Origin: Eledone cirrhosa
Taxonomy: Eukaryota
NCBI GenBank assembly: GCA_964016885.1
Contig: OZ024760.1
Location: 8,432,001 to 8,496,000, forward strand
DNA length: 64,000 bases
Reading direction: 5' to 3'
A program made the position numbers and the translations under genes. Each line of letters starts with the position of its first letter. The stretch's first letter is position 1. Under the pieces are notes generated by a model. That model did not search any database, had not been told where the DNA came from, and saw only the letters and a program-made list of their open reading frames with translations. Shown here in pieces: positions 1 through 14,711 of the stretch.

Positions 1-901
1 GTAAGGAAGGTATCCTGAAATTGGAGACGTGAAGCGAGTGGACTCGGCTAAAGGTACTCAATAACCAAATAGTAGCAATGAACTAGACGACTAATTCAAT
101 TAACCATCCAAGTTATCTACTGCCGAATTTGAACCACTAACGCAATAAATGCATCGGAGCATATGACCTGACTTCCAATACATCGGAGCATATGACCCAT
201 TCATTACACACATATACAAATACACCATTGCAAGTGGCAAATCTTTATATATACACACCCTGTATTGTAAATATTTATATAGTGTGTGCGAGTTTTGAAT
301 GTGTTGGTGTCATGTGCACTCTATTGTTTGTAGGTGTCGGTGTATATTAATTATATACCCTATGCTGTAAATATAGAAATAATGAGAATCTAACATTCCT
401 TCAAACCAACTACACACACACACACACACACACCTATTTAAGCATATACCTACCATTGACCGCATTATATATATATTGTGAACGAGGAAACCACTCACGC
501 AAATTCAGCTTCGAATAATTATATATATATACATATATATATATACACACTCACACTATATATATTTTTTTCTTATGTACGTATAAACGAGTTTTTATTA
601 CAAGTTTGTAAACAGAAAAAAAAATGTCACATGAACAGATTCGATCAGAAATTAAAGATAGTGAAAACACTATGGACACACATACACCCCTCTCACATAT
701 ATATAATATAGAGATTCTTATATACACGCATGTCATGTGTGTGGCGCTATCTATCTATATTGTCCCTATATTGTCCCCTTTTCTTGTGCGCCCTTGTGGC
801 TAATAAAGAAATATATCTATCGAGAGAGATGTGTGTGTGTGTCTGTATGTATGAATGAATGTTTATATATCTATATATGTAAGTGTGTGTGTATGCATGT
901 T

Positions 902-946
<45 letters not shown>

Positions 947-1029
947 CGGAGTTTTGTGGCCATGTTGAATCAGCACCGACCACATTTTCTCTAAAATTCA
1001 GACAGGGGAATTACTAAGAAAAATAGACA

Positions 1030-1115
1030 TCATCAACATTTTTACGTCCACTTTTCCATGTTAGCATGGGTTGGACGGGATGTTTTGAGGATGCCCTTCT
1101 TGACGCCAACACTTA
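1030..1115 (-). mobile_element. RTE LINE 3' tail fragment
   Basis: catcatc..tttacgtccacttttccatgttagcatgggttggacgg is the reverse complement of the RTE 3' end at ~12410-12468. Confidence 0.65.
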
Positions 1116-1294
1116 TGGTAGCTTCTTACGACACAAATTACATATATATATATATATTATTGAGAGAGAGAGATACTTATATATATATATATACACATAC
1201 ACTCAAAAACATACAAGCAGACATACGCGCGCAAACACTAAAATTTATACTACCCCAAACACAAACGTACAGACACACACACACAGCGATATGG

Positions 1295-1700
1295 TGAAGG
1301 GGAGAGGAGTGAAGGGGAGGAAGGAGTAATACAACAGAGGGGAGGGGGTAATACAAGGAAAGGGGGAAAGTAATACAACAGAAAGAAAGGATAAGGAGGG
1401 GTAATGGAAGGGGAGGGGAGGAGTGAGTAATACAACCGAAGGGAAGGAAGAGGAGGGGTATTACAAGGAAAAAGGGAGTAATAAGATTGAAGGAAGGGAG
1501 GGATGAGAAGGGGTAATACAAGGGAAAGGAAGGAGTGAGATATAAAATAGAAGGGAGGGGTAATACAAGGGAAGGGGGAGTGTAATACAACAGAGAAGAG
1601 GGATGAGGATGGTAATACAACAGGGGGAGGGACGAGGAAGGGTAATACAGGGGAGGGAGAGAGTAATACAACATAGGGGAGGATGAGGAGGGGGGGACGT
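1295..1700. repeat. Degenerate purine-rich repeat (ggggtaatacaa/gga units)
   Basis: Recurring taatacaa motif between G/A runs. Confidence 0.7.
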
Positions 1701-1805
1701 TCTCCGCCATCTTGCTTAGCTTCTAGTTGTTTGTGGTTATAAGACTAATCACTGTTCAGTCCGCCCCACGATTAACACAACGTAACATACATATATATAT
1801 ATGTA

Positions 1806-1857
<52 letters not shown>

Positions 1858-2640
1858 ATGTATGTACACTTAGATAACCTCCATGTAGTTCCATGTAGTG
1901 TTTTAAAATAGCCTTTGAGGTGAAGGTAATGACAAAGTGTTATTATTCGTGTTGACTTTTGTCATGTTGCATGACTACTGTTAAAAGAAAACTATCTGCT
2001 ATGTAGTTGTGATAAGGCAAGTCAGCCACCACATCATCCTACAAGGATTATTTAGGAAGATACTGTATAAAACGCATGCACATGCTATAAAAACGAACCT
2101 AGAAGCCGTATTCTACACACACACTCACACACATTCACACACACACACTCACTCTCACACACACACACACACTCACTCACTCACACTCACACTCACTCAC
2201 TCACTCACTCACATATATAAGATGAATGAAAAAGTCGGTGCATGCCGCCTCACCACTGCCAAAACAGAACGACATCGAATACTTGCACGGTGACACATAT
2301 AGGAGTAGGGGAATTCTCAACATCACACACATACACACACAGCACAGTAGATTTTACTAGCAGTGTTCGTGAATGTGTGTATGAATAGATATGTGTGTGA
2401 GTGTAAGAGAGAGAGAGAGAGACATCAAATGGAGTCAAAATGTGTTAACAGGATATACATGTGTGTGAATGTATAATGTGGTATACACGTGTATATATAT
2501 ATATATTGTTTGTGCTTATATATGCACATACAATATTTATACACAGGGGTTCATATATTAAAAAAATTATTTATATAAACTTATTTACTATGTATGTTCC
2601 TGCCTCGCTGAGGAACACCTTTGGAAAAAACAAATGAATG

Positions 2641-3085
2641 CCCTGAGGAATTTAGATAGGCGAAAACTTCAGAAACCCATGTATATACAATAAATGAAAC
2701 AAACAAAACAGAGGGCATACATATATACACCCTGAAGAATTTAGATTGGCGAAAACTTCAGAAACCCATGTATATACAATAAATGAAACAAACAAAACAG
2801 AGGGCATACATATATACACCCTGAAGAATTTAGATAGGCGAAAACTTCAGAAACCCATGTATATACAATAAATGAAACAAACAAAACAGAGGGCATACAT
2901 ATATACACCCTGAAGAATTTAGATAGGCGAAAACTTCAGAAACCCATGTATATACAATAAATGAAACAAACAAAACAGAGGGCATACATATATACACCCT
3001 GAAGAATTTAGATAGGCGAAAACTTCAGAAACCCATGTATATACAATAAATGAAACAAACAAAACAGAGGGCATACATATATACA
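2641..3085. repeat. Tandem repeat, 89-bp unit, 5 copies
   Basis: ccctgaagaatttagataggcgaaaacttcag... recurs at 2641, 2730, 2819, 2908, 2997. Confidence 0.95.
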
Positions 3086-3175
3086 CACACACACATATAT
3101 ATGTGAGTGTGTGTGTGTATCTAAAGTCTGTCTTAAGCCACACATATATACACATATATACATATACATATATAC

Positions 3176-3395
3176 ACATCATCATCATTTCATTTTCGTC
3201 CGCTTTTCCCTGCTTGCAAGGGTGGGACGGGAACTGATTCTGGCTTGATTTCTACAGCTGCATGCCCTTCCTAACACCAACCTCATTTACAGTGAGTGCT
3301 GGGTCCATTTTTGCCGTGGCACCTCCACGTCCACTTTACAGTGTGGGCTGGGTGCTTCTTTTTCGTGGCACGCCCACGACCACTTTGCAGTGGAA
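3176..3395 (-). mobile_element. RTE LINE 3' UTR fragment
   Basis: Reverse-complement match to 12190-12468, including the (GAT)n tail. Confidence 0.75.
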
Positions 3396-3414
3396 TGATA
3401 GTGACCCGAGTCCT

Positions 3415-3477
3415 ATCATCTCATTTCTACAGCTGAGTAAACTGGAGCAATGTGAAATAAAGTGTCTTGCTCAAGGA

Positions 3478-3483
<6 letters not shown>
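3415..3483 (-). mobile_element. SINE central-domain fragment
   Basis: cagctgagtaaactggagcaatgtgaaataaagtgtcttgctcaagg, same as the SINE at 6680-6730. Confidence 0.7.
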
Positions 3484-3516
<33 letters not shown>

Positions 3517-3525
3517 TACATATAA

Positions 3526-3579
<54 letters not shown>

Positions 3580-3594
3580 TACATATATATATAC

Positions 3595-3639
<45 letters not shown>

Positions 3640-3718
3640 TACATATATATATATACATATATACATATACATATATACATATATATACATATATATATAC
3701 ATATATATATATATATAC

Positions 3719-3753
<35 letters not shown>

Positions 3754-3969
3754 CATATATATATATACATATATATACACATATACATATATATATATAT
3801 ACATATATATACACATATATATACATATATACACATATATATATACATATATATACATATATACACATATACACATATATACATATATACACATATATAT
3901 ACATATATATATATACATATATACACATATATATATACATATATACACGTATATATATATACATATATA

Positions 3970-4003
<34 letters not shown>

Positions 4004-4186
4004 TACATATATATATATATACATATATACATATATATATATATACATATATACATATATATATATATATACATATATACATATATATATATATACATAT
4101 ATACATATATATATATATACATATATACATATATATATATATATACATATATACATATATACATATATATATACATATATATATAC

Positions 4187-4243
<57 letters not shown>

Positions 4244-4310
4244 CATACATATATATATATATATATATGTATGTATATATGTATATATACATATACATAT
4301 ATACATATAT
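3484..4310. repeat. (TA)n/(TACA) compound microsatellite
   Basis: Direct inspection. Confidence 0.98.
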
Positions 4311-4318
4311 CTATCTAT

Positions 4319-4628
4319 CTAAGGCGGGTAAAATTCCCGAGATCCATGGACGAGTTCTCTCCAGGGGTCTCTGTCCCTCATTATCGCTGCCATGTCCTGC
4401 GTCTCCAACAAACCAGTGTCTGTCCTTAGGGCATCAACATACGTTAACCTTGGTCTTCCTCTTCTAGTGTGTCCATGTAGGGGCTCCCACAGGAGTACTG
4501 AGTGCAATGTCAACTCTGGATGTCGGTGAGCATGTCCAGCTAACCTCAGTCTCCTCTATGTCACTTTTGAGCTGACTTTTGGGATGCTCCCATACAGCTC
4601 TGAACATTAATCAGTATACACTGAGGAT
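4319..4628 (-). mobile_element. 5'-truncated RTE-type LINE ORF C-terminus
   Basis: [34 protein letters not shown], preceded by RRLRLAGHAHRH; typical RTE C-terminal motifs. Confidence 0.8.
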
Positions 4629-4729
4629 GATATACATATATATATACATATATATATATACATATATACATATACATACATATATATACATATACATATA
4701 TACATATATATACATATACATATATACAT

Positions 4730-6322
4730 ACTCCTTCGCACACTGACGACAACTATAGATCTCCCTGGCCTCAGGTCTTGCATCAAGTTACTTGTGAACC
4801 CTCACAATACCATGCAGATCATAGTTCCCTGGTTCTCTTTGAACATGGCTGCGACTGTGGCTCCTGAGACCAGATTTGCTCAAGCAAATCTTTTCCTCAC
4901 TCAGGGCATTTCAATTCAATGGTGACACCGATCGTTTCGAGATATACACTCGGGCATTGCTTACGCACATCCCATTTGATCTTCTCGTGCTCTATGCGTC
5001 TGTCCTCAAAATTATGGACCCCAACATTCACCATTCCACGCCAAGTTTCTCTTTCAAGAGCTTCTATCTCCCAGTCAGCCATCATCAAACCAGTTTTTTT
5101 CAATGAGTCCTTTACACCATCCTTGAATTGGAGCTTTGGCTTGTGAGGTGGCCCCTTACCCTCACAAAGCTCGCCATACAAGAGTTGTTTCAGGATTCAA
5201 TCATCCTCCATTCTGCAGAGGTGTCTGGTCCATCGCAAACGCCGTTGGTGGATGATACTCTCAATGCTCCGACACTCACTTCTCTCAAGGACCTCAACAC
5301 CACTCACATGCATCTGCCACTTGATACTGAGCATCTTTCTGAGACACTGCTGGTGAAACTATTCCAGTCTGTGGATATGCAGTTTGTAGGCAACCCATGT
5401 CTCACAGGCATACAGCAAAGCTGACAGTAAACATGCAGCATACACTCCCGCCTTGGTCTTCATTGTGATTCCTCGCCTGCACCAAAGACGGTCGTTGAGC
5501 CTTCCAAATAACTCACTTGCCCTACTAACACGTAGGCCAACTTCTGCATCCAGAGAGCAGGCCACACTTTGAGTACACCCCAAATACACAAATGTTTCAG
5601 CACCCTTCAGCTTTTGACCGTATACGTATATGGAGGGTTCACTGAAAACTTTATCCGGAGCAGGTCCGTACATGACAACAGTCTACTTCAGACTGATTGT
5701 CAGTCCCAAAGCACTGCACGCATTGGAAAAAGAATTCATAATGTGTTGCATGTCACTCTGGGAGTGTGCAAAGAGATCACAATCATCTGCATATAAAAAT
5801 TCTTTGATCAAGGTACTCAGTACCTTAGTGTTGGCAGTGAGACGCCTAAGGTTAAACAGCTTGCCGGAAGTGCAATATCTGAGATAAATACCCTGTTGAC
5901 AATCCTTGAAGGCCATGAAGTACACCATTACGAAATACAAGGAAAACAAAGTCGGTGCAGGTATATCACACGGCTTGACACCATTTTCAACCGAGATTGG
6001 CTCAGACAGTTTATGCCAACATTCACCAATGCCTGCATGTCATCATGGAAGAGTTTCAGAATGTTCACCAACTTTTCAGGAGAGCCTAATCTCTCCAAAA
6101 TAATCGACAAAACTTTCCAATTGATGGTATCAAATGCCTTGATCAGATCGACAAAGACTTGGTATAAGTCCATGCGCTGTTCAATGCATTTCCCTTGAGG
6201 TGATTATGTCAACAGTGCCTCTGCCATTCCAAAAGCCACATTAGGACTCAGGAAGTACCTCAACAGCAATGTGCTGTATCAATCTGTCCAACAAAATCCT
6301 GCACAAGATCTTCCCAGCCACC
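4730..6322 (-). mobile_element. Decayed RTE-clade LINE reverse transcriptase
   Basis: Frameshifted ORFs with FVDLIKAFDTI, LYADDCDL, FVYLGC, LLYACETW, YGELCEGKGPPHKPKLQFKD. Confidence 0.92.
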
Positions 6323-6333
6323 TACATACAAAC

Positions 6334-6364
<31 letters not shown>

Positions 6365-6419
6365 CATACATAGATACATATATACACATATATATATACA
6401 TACATATATACACATATAT

Positions 6420-6812
6420 TACCTTGACCAACTAGTCTGTCAGGCGCCATTCGCGCCACTGGTCACAGTAAGAGCTGTTTTTGCCATATGACGACGCCAT
6501 CCGACTGGCTGGGCGGTCAGGCCCTAAGTCTAAAGTCTGTCTTAAGCCAGAAGGCACATTTGGCCGGTGCTTATCCCGGTTTCATGGCGTGAAGCGACTG
6601 AGAGTACAAGACTCCCCCCTGGACAGGACGCCAGTCCATCGCAGGGTTAAACCTCCAGTTATTGCTGGTACTCATTTTCAGCTGAGTAAACTGGAACAAC
6701 GTGAAATAAAGTGTCTTGCTCAAGGAAAAAACACATCACCCCGTCCGAGAATTGAACTCATAACCTTTCGATTGCAAGCCTACTGCTCTAACCACTAAGC
6801 CATGTGCCTTCA
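6420..6812 (-). mobile_element. tRNA-derived SINE (CORE-like central domain)
   Basis: Minus strand gaaggcacatggcttagtggttagagc (A box) .. gagttcaattc (B box), then ttccttgagcaagacactttatttcacg. Confidence 0.8.
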
Positions 6813-6911
6813 CATACACATATATATATATACATACATATATACACATATATAAATATATAAACACATATACACAAATATATATACATATATATATATA
6901 CATAGATATAT

Positions 6912-6958
<47 letters not shown>

Positions 6959-7389
6959 GATATATATACATGCATATATAAATATACACATATATATACA
7001 TACATATATATATATATACGCACACATTTATATACATACACAAATATATATATATATATACACACATTTATATACACACACATATATTTATATATACACA
7101 CATATATATATATACATACACACATTTATATATACATACACACATATATATACATACATACATATAAATACATACACACATATATATATACATACACACA
7201 TATATACATACACACATATATACATATATATACACACATATATATATATACATACACACACATATATATATATACATACACATATATATATATATAGACA
7301 CATATATATATACACATACACACATATACATATATATATATATATATACATATATACATATATATATACATATATATATATACATATAC

Positions 7390-7421
<32 letters not shown>

Positions 7422-7435
7422 ATATATAAACATAC

Positions 7436-7478
<43 letters not shown>

Positions 7479-7495
7479 CATATATATAAACATAC

Positions 7496-7528
<33 letters not shown>

Positions 7529-7617
7529 CATATATATACATATATATATACATATACATACATATATATATACATATACATACATATATATATACATATA
7601 CATACATATATATATAC

Positions 7618-7650
<33 letters not shown>

Positions 7651-7657
7651 CATATAC

Positions 7658-7703
<46 letters not shown>

Positions 7704-7791
7704 ATATACATATATATATATACATATATATATATACATATATATACATATACATATATATATATATATATATACATATATATACATATAC

Positions 7792-7829
<38 letters not shown>

Positions 7830-7941
7830 TAATAAGAGGAATTCCAACTTTGTCTGATTTACTCGTTTTATTTACAATTCTTTAACATTTATAATGGTAG
7901 AATGAAATAGTATGATAGAATATTAAATGTTAAGTGTTAAT

Positions 7942-7980
7942 TGATCAAGTACTTTCATGCTTTCGCAATCTTCAGGTTCA
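7942..7980 (-). ncRNA. Minimal type I hammerhead ribozyme motif
   Basis: Minus strand: tgaac CTGAAGA t tgc gaaa gca t GAAA gtac TT gatca; stem I 4/5, GNRA-capped stem II, palindromic AGTACT stem III. Confidence 0.65.
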
Positions 7981-8366
7981 TAATGTGTGGTGACAGTCAA
8001 GTTATATATACATATATATATACACACATATATATACATATATATATACATATATATATACACATATATATATATATATACACATATACATACATATATA
8101 TATACATATATATATACATACATATATACATACATATATATATACATATATATATATATACATACATATATATATACATATATATATATACATACATATA
8201 TATATACATATATATATATACATACATATATATATACATACATACATATATACATACATATATATATACATATATATATATACATACATATATATATACA
8301 TATATGTATATACATATATATATATATACATATATGTATATACATATATATATATATACATATATG

Positions 8367-8417
<51 letters not shown>

Positions 8418-8517
8418 ATATACATATATGTATATATATACATATATATATATACATATATATATACATATATACATATATATACATATATACATATATA
8501 TATATACATATATATAT

Positions 8518-8570
<53 letters not shown>

Positions 8571-8841
8571 CATATATATATATACATATATATATATATA
8601 CATATATATATATACATATATATATATATACATATATATATATACATATATATATATACATATATATATATACATATATATATACATATATATATATACA
8701 TATATATATACATATATATATATACATATATATATACATATATATATATACATATATATATATACATATATATATACATATATATATATACATATATATA
8801 TACATATATATATATACATATATATATACATATATATATAC

Positions 8842-8886
<45 letters not shown>

Positions 8887-8955
8887 CATATATATATATA
8901 TATATACATACATACATATATATACATACATACATATATATATATACATACATAC

Positions 8956-8994
<39 letters not shown>

Positions 8995-9108
8995 CATATA
9001 TATATATACATACATATATATATATACATACATATATATATATACATACATATATATATATATACATACATATATATATATACATACATATATATATATA
9101 TTCATACA

Positions 9109-9162
<54 letters not shown>

Positions 9163-9164
9163 CA

Positions 9165-9202
<38 letters not shown>

Positions 9203-9207
9203 CATAC

Positions 9208-9392
<185 letters not shown>

Positions 9393-9399
9393 TATATAT

Positions 9400-9432
<33 letters not shown>

Positions 9433-9579
9433 TATATATATACATATACATATATATATACATATATATATATACATATATATATATACATATATATATA
9501 TACATATATACATATATATATATACATATATATATACACATATATATATATATATACATATATATACATATATATATAC

Positions 9580-9612
<33 letters not shown>

Positions 9613-9703
9613 CATATATATATACATATATATATACATATATATATATACATATATATATACACACATATATATATATACATATATATACATATATATA
9701 TAC

Positions 9704-9748
<45 letters not shown>

Positions 9749-9791
9749 TATACATATATACACATACATATATATAAATACATATATATAC

Positions 9792-9894
<103 letters not shown>

Positions 9895-9937
9895 CATATA
9901 TATACATATACATATATACATATATACATATATATAC

Positions 9938-9972
<35 letters not shown>

Positions 9973-10220
9973 CATATATATACATATATATATATACATA
10001 TATATATATACATATATATATATACATATATATACATATATATACATATATATATGTAGGAGGTGAGTTTTATTGTAGTACAATAAAGCAATGCAGATAT
10101 CGGATAAGAAGCACTCTACAGTTTGTGGGACTGGAGTATACATAATATATAAGAACAAAATATGTTGATTTAAAACTGCACTATCCACAAGTGTTTTTTA
10201 ACCTTCATATCATGTCTTCC

Positions 10221-10291
10221 TATTTTATCTGATGAAAACACAAATATTATTGCATGATGATATTTGTTTTTGAAATGCGCATAACAAAATA
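10221..10291 (+). ncRNA. Type I hammerhead ribozyme motif in a ~275-bp island (10056-10330)
   Basis: tattttat CTGATGA aaacacaaatattat..atgatatttgttttt GAAA tgcgca TA acaaaata; stem I 7/8, long stem II, palindromic ATGCGCAT. Confidence 0.7.
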
Positions 10292-10337
10292 CATGGAACT
10301 CTTTTAACCATCTTTTGATCTTATATATTATATATAC

Positions 10338-10382
<45 letters not shown>

Positions 10383-10429
10383 CATATATATACATATATA
10401 CATATATATACATATACATACATATATAC

Positions 10430-10462
<33 letters not shown>

Positions 10463-10611
10463 CATATATATATACATATATATATATACATATATATATA
10501 CATATATATACATATACATATATATATACATATATATATACATATATATACATATATATACACACATATACATATATATGTATACATATATATATATACA
10601 TATACACATAT

Positions 10612-10657
<46 letters not shown>

Positions 10658-10659
<2 letters not shown>

Positions 10660-11172
10660 ACGCAATTAAACACAATTCAGCAGTAGGCCCTGACAGGTTC
10701 CCTGCTTGTTTCCTGGAGGTGTGTCGACACCAACTTGCATCTCCTCTTGCTAATCTGTGGAGGAACTCACTGGACACTGGCTATATTCCTGAAAACATTC
10801 TGTCCCAGTCTTCAAAAAGGTAAATAAGTCCCTTGCAGTGAACTACCGTCTAATCTCACTCACCTCTCCTATTATCAAGCTATTTGAGAGGGTGGTGAGA
10901 TCACGAATAACCCACTTTCTTGAAAGCAACAGCCTGCTGAACTCATGGGTTCCGTAATGGAAGGGACTGCCTAACGCAGCTCCCGCATCACTTTGACAAT
11001 GTTTTGAGAGCCTTGGGAGAGGGCTCCAACACTGATGTCATCTACCTTGATTTCAGCAAGGCCTTTGACAGGGTTGATCATAAGATTCTACTGAAAAAAC
11101 TATCCAGTGTTGGTGTCTCTGGAAGGTTACTACAGTGGATCAAATGTTTCCTGACAGACAGAACCCCACATG
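10658..11172 (+). mobile_element. CR1/L2-like LINE RT fragment (5' part)
   Basis: [72 protein letters not shown]; frameshifted. Confidence 0.88.
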
Positions 11173-11198
11173 TTAGTCCTGCAGGTAATAAATAAGGA

Positions 11199-12467
11199 GT
11201 TGGGAACTCCTGTATGCAGATGACCTCGCACTTATAGCTGAATCTATGGTAGAACTAGAAAAGAAATTCCAAACTTGGAAGCAGGGACTAGAAAGAAAGG
11301 GTCTCAAAGTCAACCTGACAAAGACTAAGGTCCTTGTAAGTAGACTAGAAAACAGAATCCAGATCCCCTCAGGGAAATGGCCTTGCTCAGTATGTAGGAA
11401 AGGTGTAGGTAGGAACTCCATTCTCTGCCCCAAATGCAAACAATGGGTACACAAGAGATGTAGCGGGATCTCAGGAAGCTTAATTAAGAATGTAGGCTTC
11501 ACATGTAGTAGCTGTGCTGGGACAGCAAGCAGCAAACAGCCACAGGAAACAAGTACCACCAATCTCTGGGAGGGCTCTGTAGAAACAGTAGACAGCTTCT
11601 GCTACCTAGGTGACCGAATTAGCAGCGGAGGTGGGTGTTCAGAAAGTACAATAACAAGGGTAAGAACGGGATGGAAGAAGTTCAGGGAACTACTGCCACT
11701 GCTAGCTGCAAAAGGCTTTTCCCTCAAAATGAAAGGCAGACTGTATGATGCGTGTATACGAACAGCAATGTTACATGGTAGTGAGACCTGCGCGCTGAAG
11801 GTGGAAGACTTACGTAGATTGGAAAGAAACGAAGCCTGCTTGCTCCGATGGATGTGTACAGCAAAGCATAAAAGAATTGTGAGAGAGACTGAGCATAAGA
11901 GGAATCAAATGCTGTGTGCAGGAGAAGCGGTTGCATTGGTATGGACATGTGATGCGTATGAAGGATGACAGCTGCATAAAAAGGTGCAGAGCACTAGAAG
12001 TCAAAAGAAACCGCGGAGTGGGGAGACCCAAGAAAACCTGGGATGAGGTGATAAAAGCCGACCTTACTCAATTACACCTCTCAAAGGCGATGACACACGA
12101 CCGTGACCTCTGGCGTCACGCAGTAATAGAGAGTATCCGACCTCCCATGGGTACAAGCTGAAGCATATAGACAATATGCCCCCAGACACTCCCACTGCAA
12201 AGTGGTCGTGGAGGTGCCATGGCAAAAAAGCACCCAGCCCACACTGTAAAGTGGACGTGTTGGCGCCACGGAAAAAAAGCACCCAGCACTCACTGTAAAT
12301 GAGGTTGGTGTTAGGAAGGGCATACAGCTGTAGAAATCAAGCCAAAATCAGTTCCTGTATGAGAGCAAGGCATGGTCAGCCGACCAGACACTGCCCACAA
12401 CAGGACAACCCGTCTAACCCATGCTAGCATGGAAGAACGGGCGTAAAACGGTGATGATGATGATGAT

Positions 12468-12468
<1 letters not shown>
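11199..12468 (+). mobile_element. 5'-truncated RTE LINE with Cys-rich (PHD-like) segment, 3' UTR and (GAT)n tail
   Basis: WELLYADDLALIA, CSVC..CPKCKQWVHKRC..CSSC, FCYLGD, MLHGSET, RLHWYGHVMRM, GRPKKTW; one frameshift near 11870. Confidence 0.92.
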
Positions 12469-12508
<40 letters not shown>

Positions 12509-12737
12509 ATATACATATATATATACACACATCATCATCATCATCATCATCATTTTACGTCCGCTTTTCCCTGCTTGCAAGGGTGGATATACATACATAT
12601 ACAAACACACACATATTTACATACACATATTTATATATACATATAATACATATATATTCATATATATATGTAAATATATCATCTTCATCGTTTAACGTCT
12701 ATTTTCCACGCTACCATTGGTTAGACCATATATATAT

Positions 12738-12809
<72 letters not shown>

Positions 12810-12848
12810 GATATTAATAAATGGAAACTATATTTATAAAACCATATT

Positions 12849-12913
12849 TATTTCATTATACACATTTCAGGGATACCACATTAAATTATGGTGTGCCTTC
12901 ATCAGACAAAATA
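12849..12913 (-). ncRNA. Type I hammerhead ribozyme motif
   Basis: Minus strand: tattttgt CTGATGA aggcacacca..tggtatccct GAAA tgtgta TA atgaaata. Confidence 0.65.
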
Positions 12914-12979
12914 CAATATATAACAGTTTTACAAATAGGTTTGACGTACCCTTTAAAATACAACCATTACTTTTGGAGG

Positions 12980-13500
12980 CTGTCTGGACATTCAGGACCA
13001 GAGACCCGGAAACCATGTTGGTCCTCAGCCAACTGGACTGTTGCTTTCAACTGTGGTCGCCCCACAGTGTCAAACTAACTGCAGAATTTGAAGCAATCCA
13101 ACGAGTTACACCAAAAGGATTGCCTCAAATGAAAGAGATGGGCTGCTGGGAGAGGTTGAGAGAACTGAAGCTTTACTCCCTGGAGTGATGACGGAAATAT
13201 ACGCTATGATATACATATGGAAGATCCTGGAACGATTAGCACCAAACCTTGTCACTGAAGGCAGGACCAACCCACGAACAGGACGCCACTCTGTAGTGCC
13301 AAAGGTCCTATCTATTACATCAAGAACAAGGACCACATACTGTAAAGCTGCCAAATAATCTGAGAGATCTACATGGAATGCATGTAGATATTTTCAAGAG
13401 GCATCTCGACATTCTACCGACAAAGATCCCATCCCGGATAAACCCACAGCACGAGGTGAAGCGCAAATAAGAGCAGCAGCAGCAACAAATTCCCTTTTGC
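12980..13500 (+). mobile_element. CR1/L2-like LINE RT fragment (3' part)
   Basis: TFRTRDPETML..SQLDCCFQLWSPH..EAIQR..WERLRELKLYSLE..IYIWKIL. Confidence 0.8.
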
Positions 13501-13870
13501 ATCAATGGCGGTGCCCCAGCATAGCTGCCTCAGCCCCTCGCCTGAAACACGTAATCGAGTAATATATACACATATATACTCTTATATATATATATACTCT
13601 TTCATTTGTTCCAGCCATCCGGCCGAGGCCATGCTGGGGCACCGCCTTTGGCATACATATGTATGTATGTATGTATATACACACATACACATACATATAT
13701 ATATATATATATTGTGTATCGTGTTTACATTTGTTTGCGATTTTGTCAGGCAATATAAGCGGTTCGGTAGCCGACTTATCTGAAGGACTAAATGTAGGCG
13801 GTGCCACAGCATGGCCACATTGTAACTGGTGAAACAAGTAAAAGAATACATCTATACACCCTAGTACAAT

Positions 13871-13905
<35 letters not shown>

Positions 13906-14353
13906 CACAGTAATAGTAGTGGAGTGTATATATATATCATGCCATAAAGGTCTCGTGAAAATCAACCAATAAAAGTACATAGTACACATGTTAATATACA
14001 CATTATAGCTATACACGCACACACACACACACACATACGTACATGAAATACAATTGTTCACGCATAGACACACATATATTATAGTTTATATTCACACACA
14101 TAACATGTAAGGTCGACTTTAAGTTTCGGGCTCCAGTTATGACCACCACTAAAACCAAACTCCCTCGTTAGGCGCAAGTACAAATATATATATAATTTTA
14201 CGTCCGTTTTCCACATAGGCATGGGTTGGACGGGTCGGGGACCACCTCTTGCTCTTACAATACACAAATGATTAAAATATTGCTGACAATATATAATTAC
14301 AATACACGGAATTGAAAAGAAAACACAATTTATGACATTATAGGGCTACACAT

Positions 14354-14404
<51 letters not shown>

Positions 14405-14444
14405 TGTGGTGGATGTTATTGTCAATTTATTTGAAGTTTCGAGC

Positions 14445-14487
<43 letters not shown>

Positions 14488-14711
14488 GGAGGTGAGTTTT
14501 ATTGTAGTACAATAAAGCAATGCAGATATCGGATAAGAAGCACTCTACAATTTGTAGGACTGGAGTATACATAATATATAAGATCAAAAGATGGTTAAAA
14601 GAGTTCCATGTATATATGTATATATATATATATATATACACATACCATATTGTGGTGGGTGTTATTGTCTTGTCAATTTATCTGAAGTTTCGAGCGTATA
14701 TATATATATAT

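Noticed and set aside
2641-3085. Tandem hammerheads in the 89-bp repeat (CTGAAGA..GAAAC..GTA)
   Set aside because: Could not build convincing stems I and II by eye
6740-6812. tRNA gene
   Set aside because: A/B boxes lack a cloverleaf and run into a SINE body
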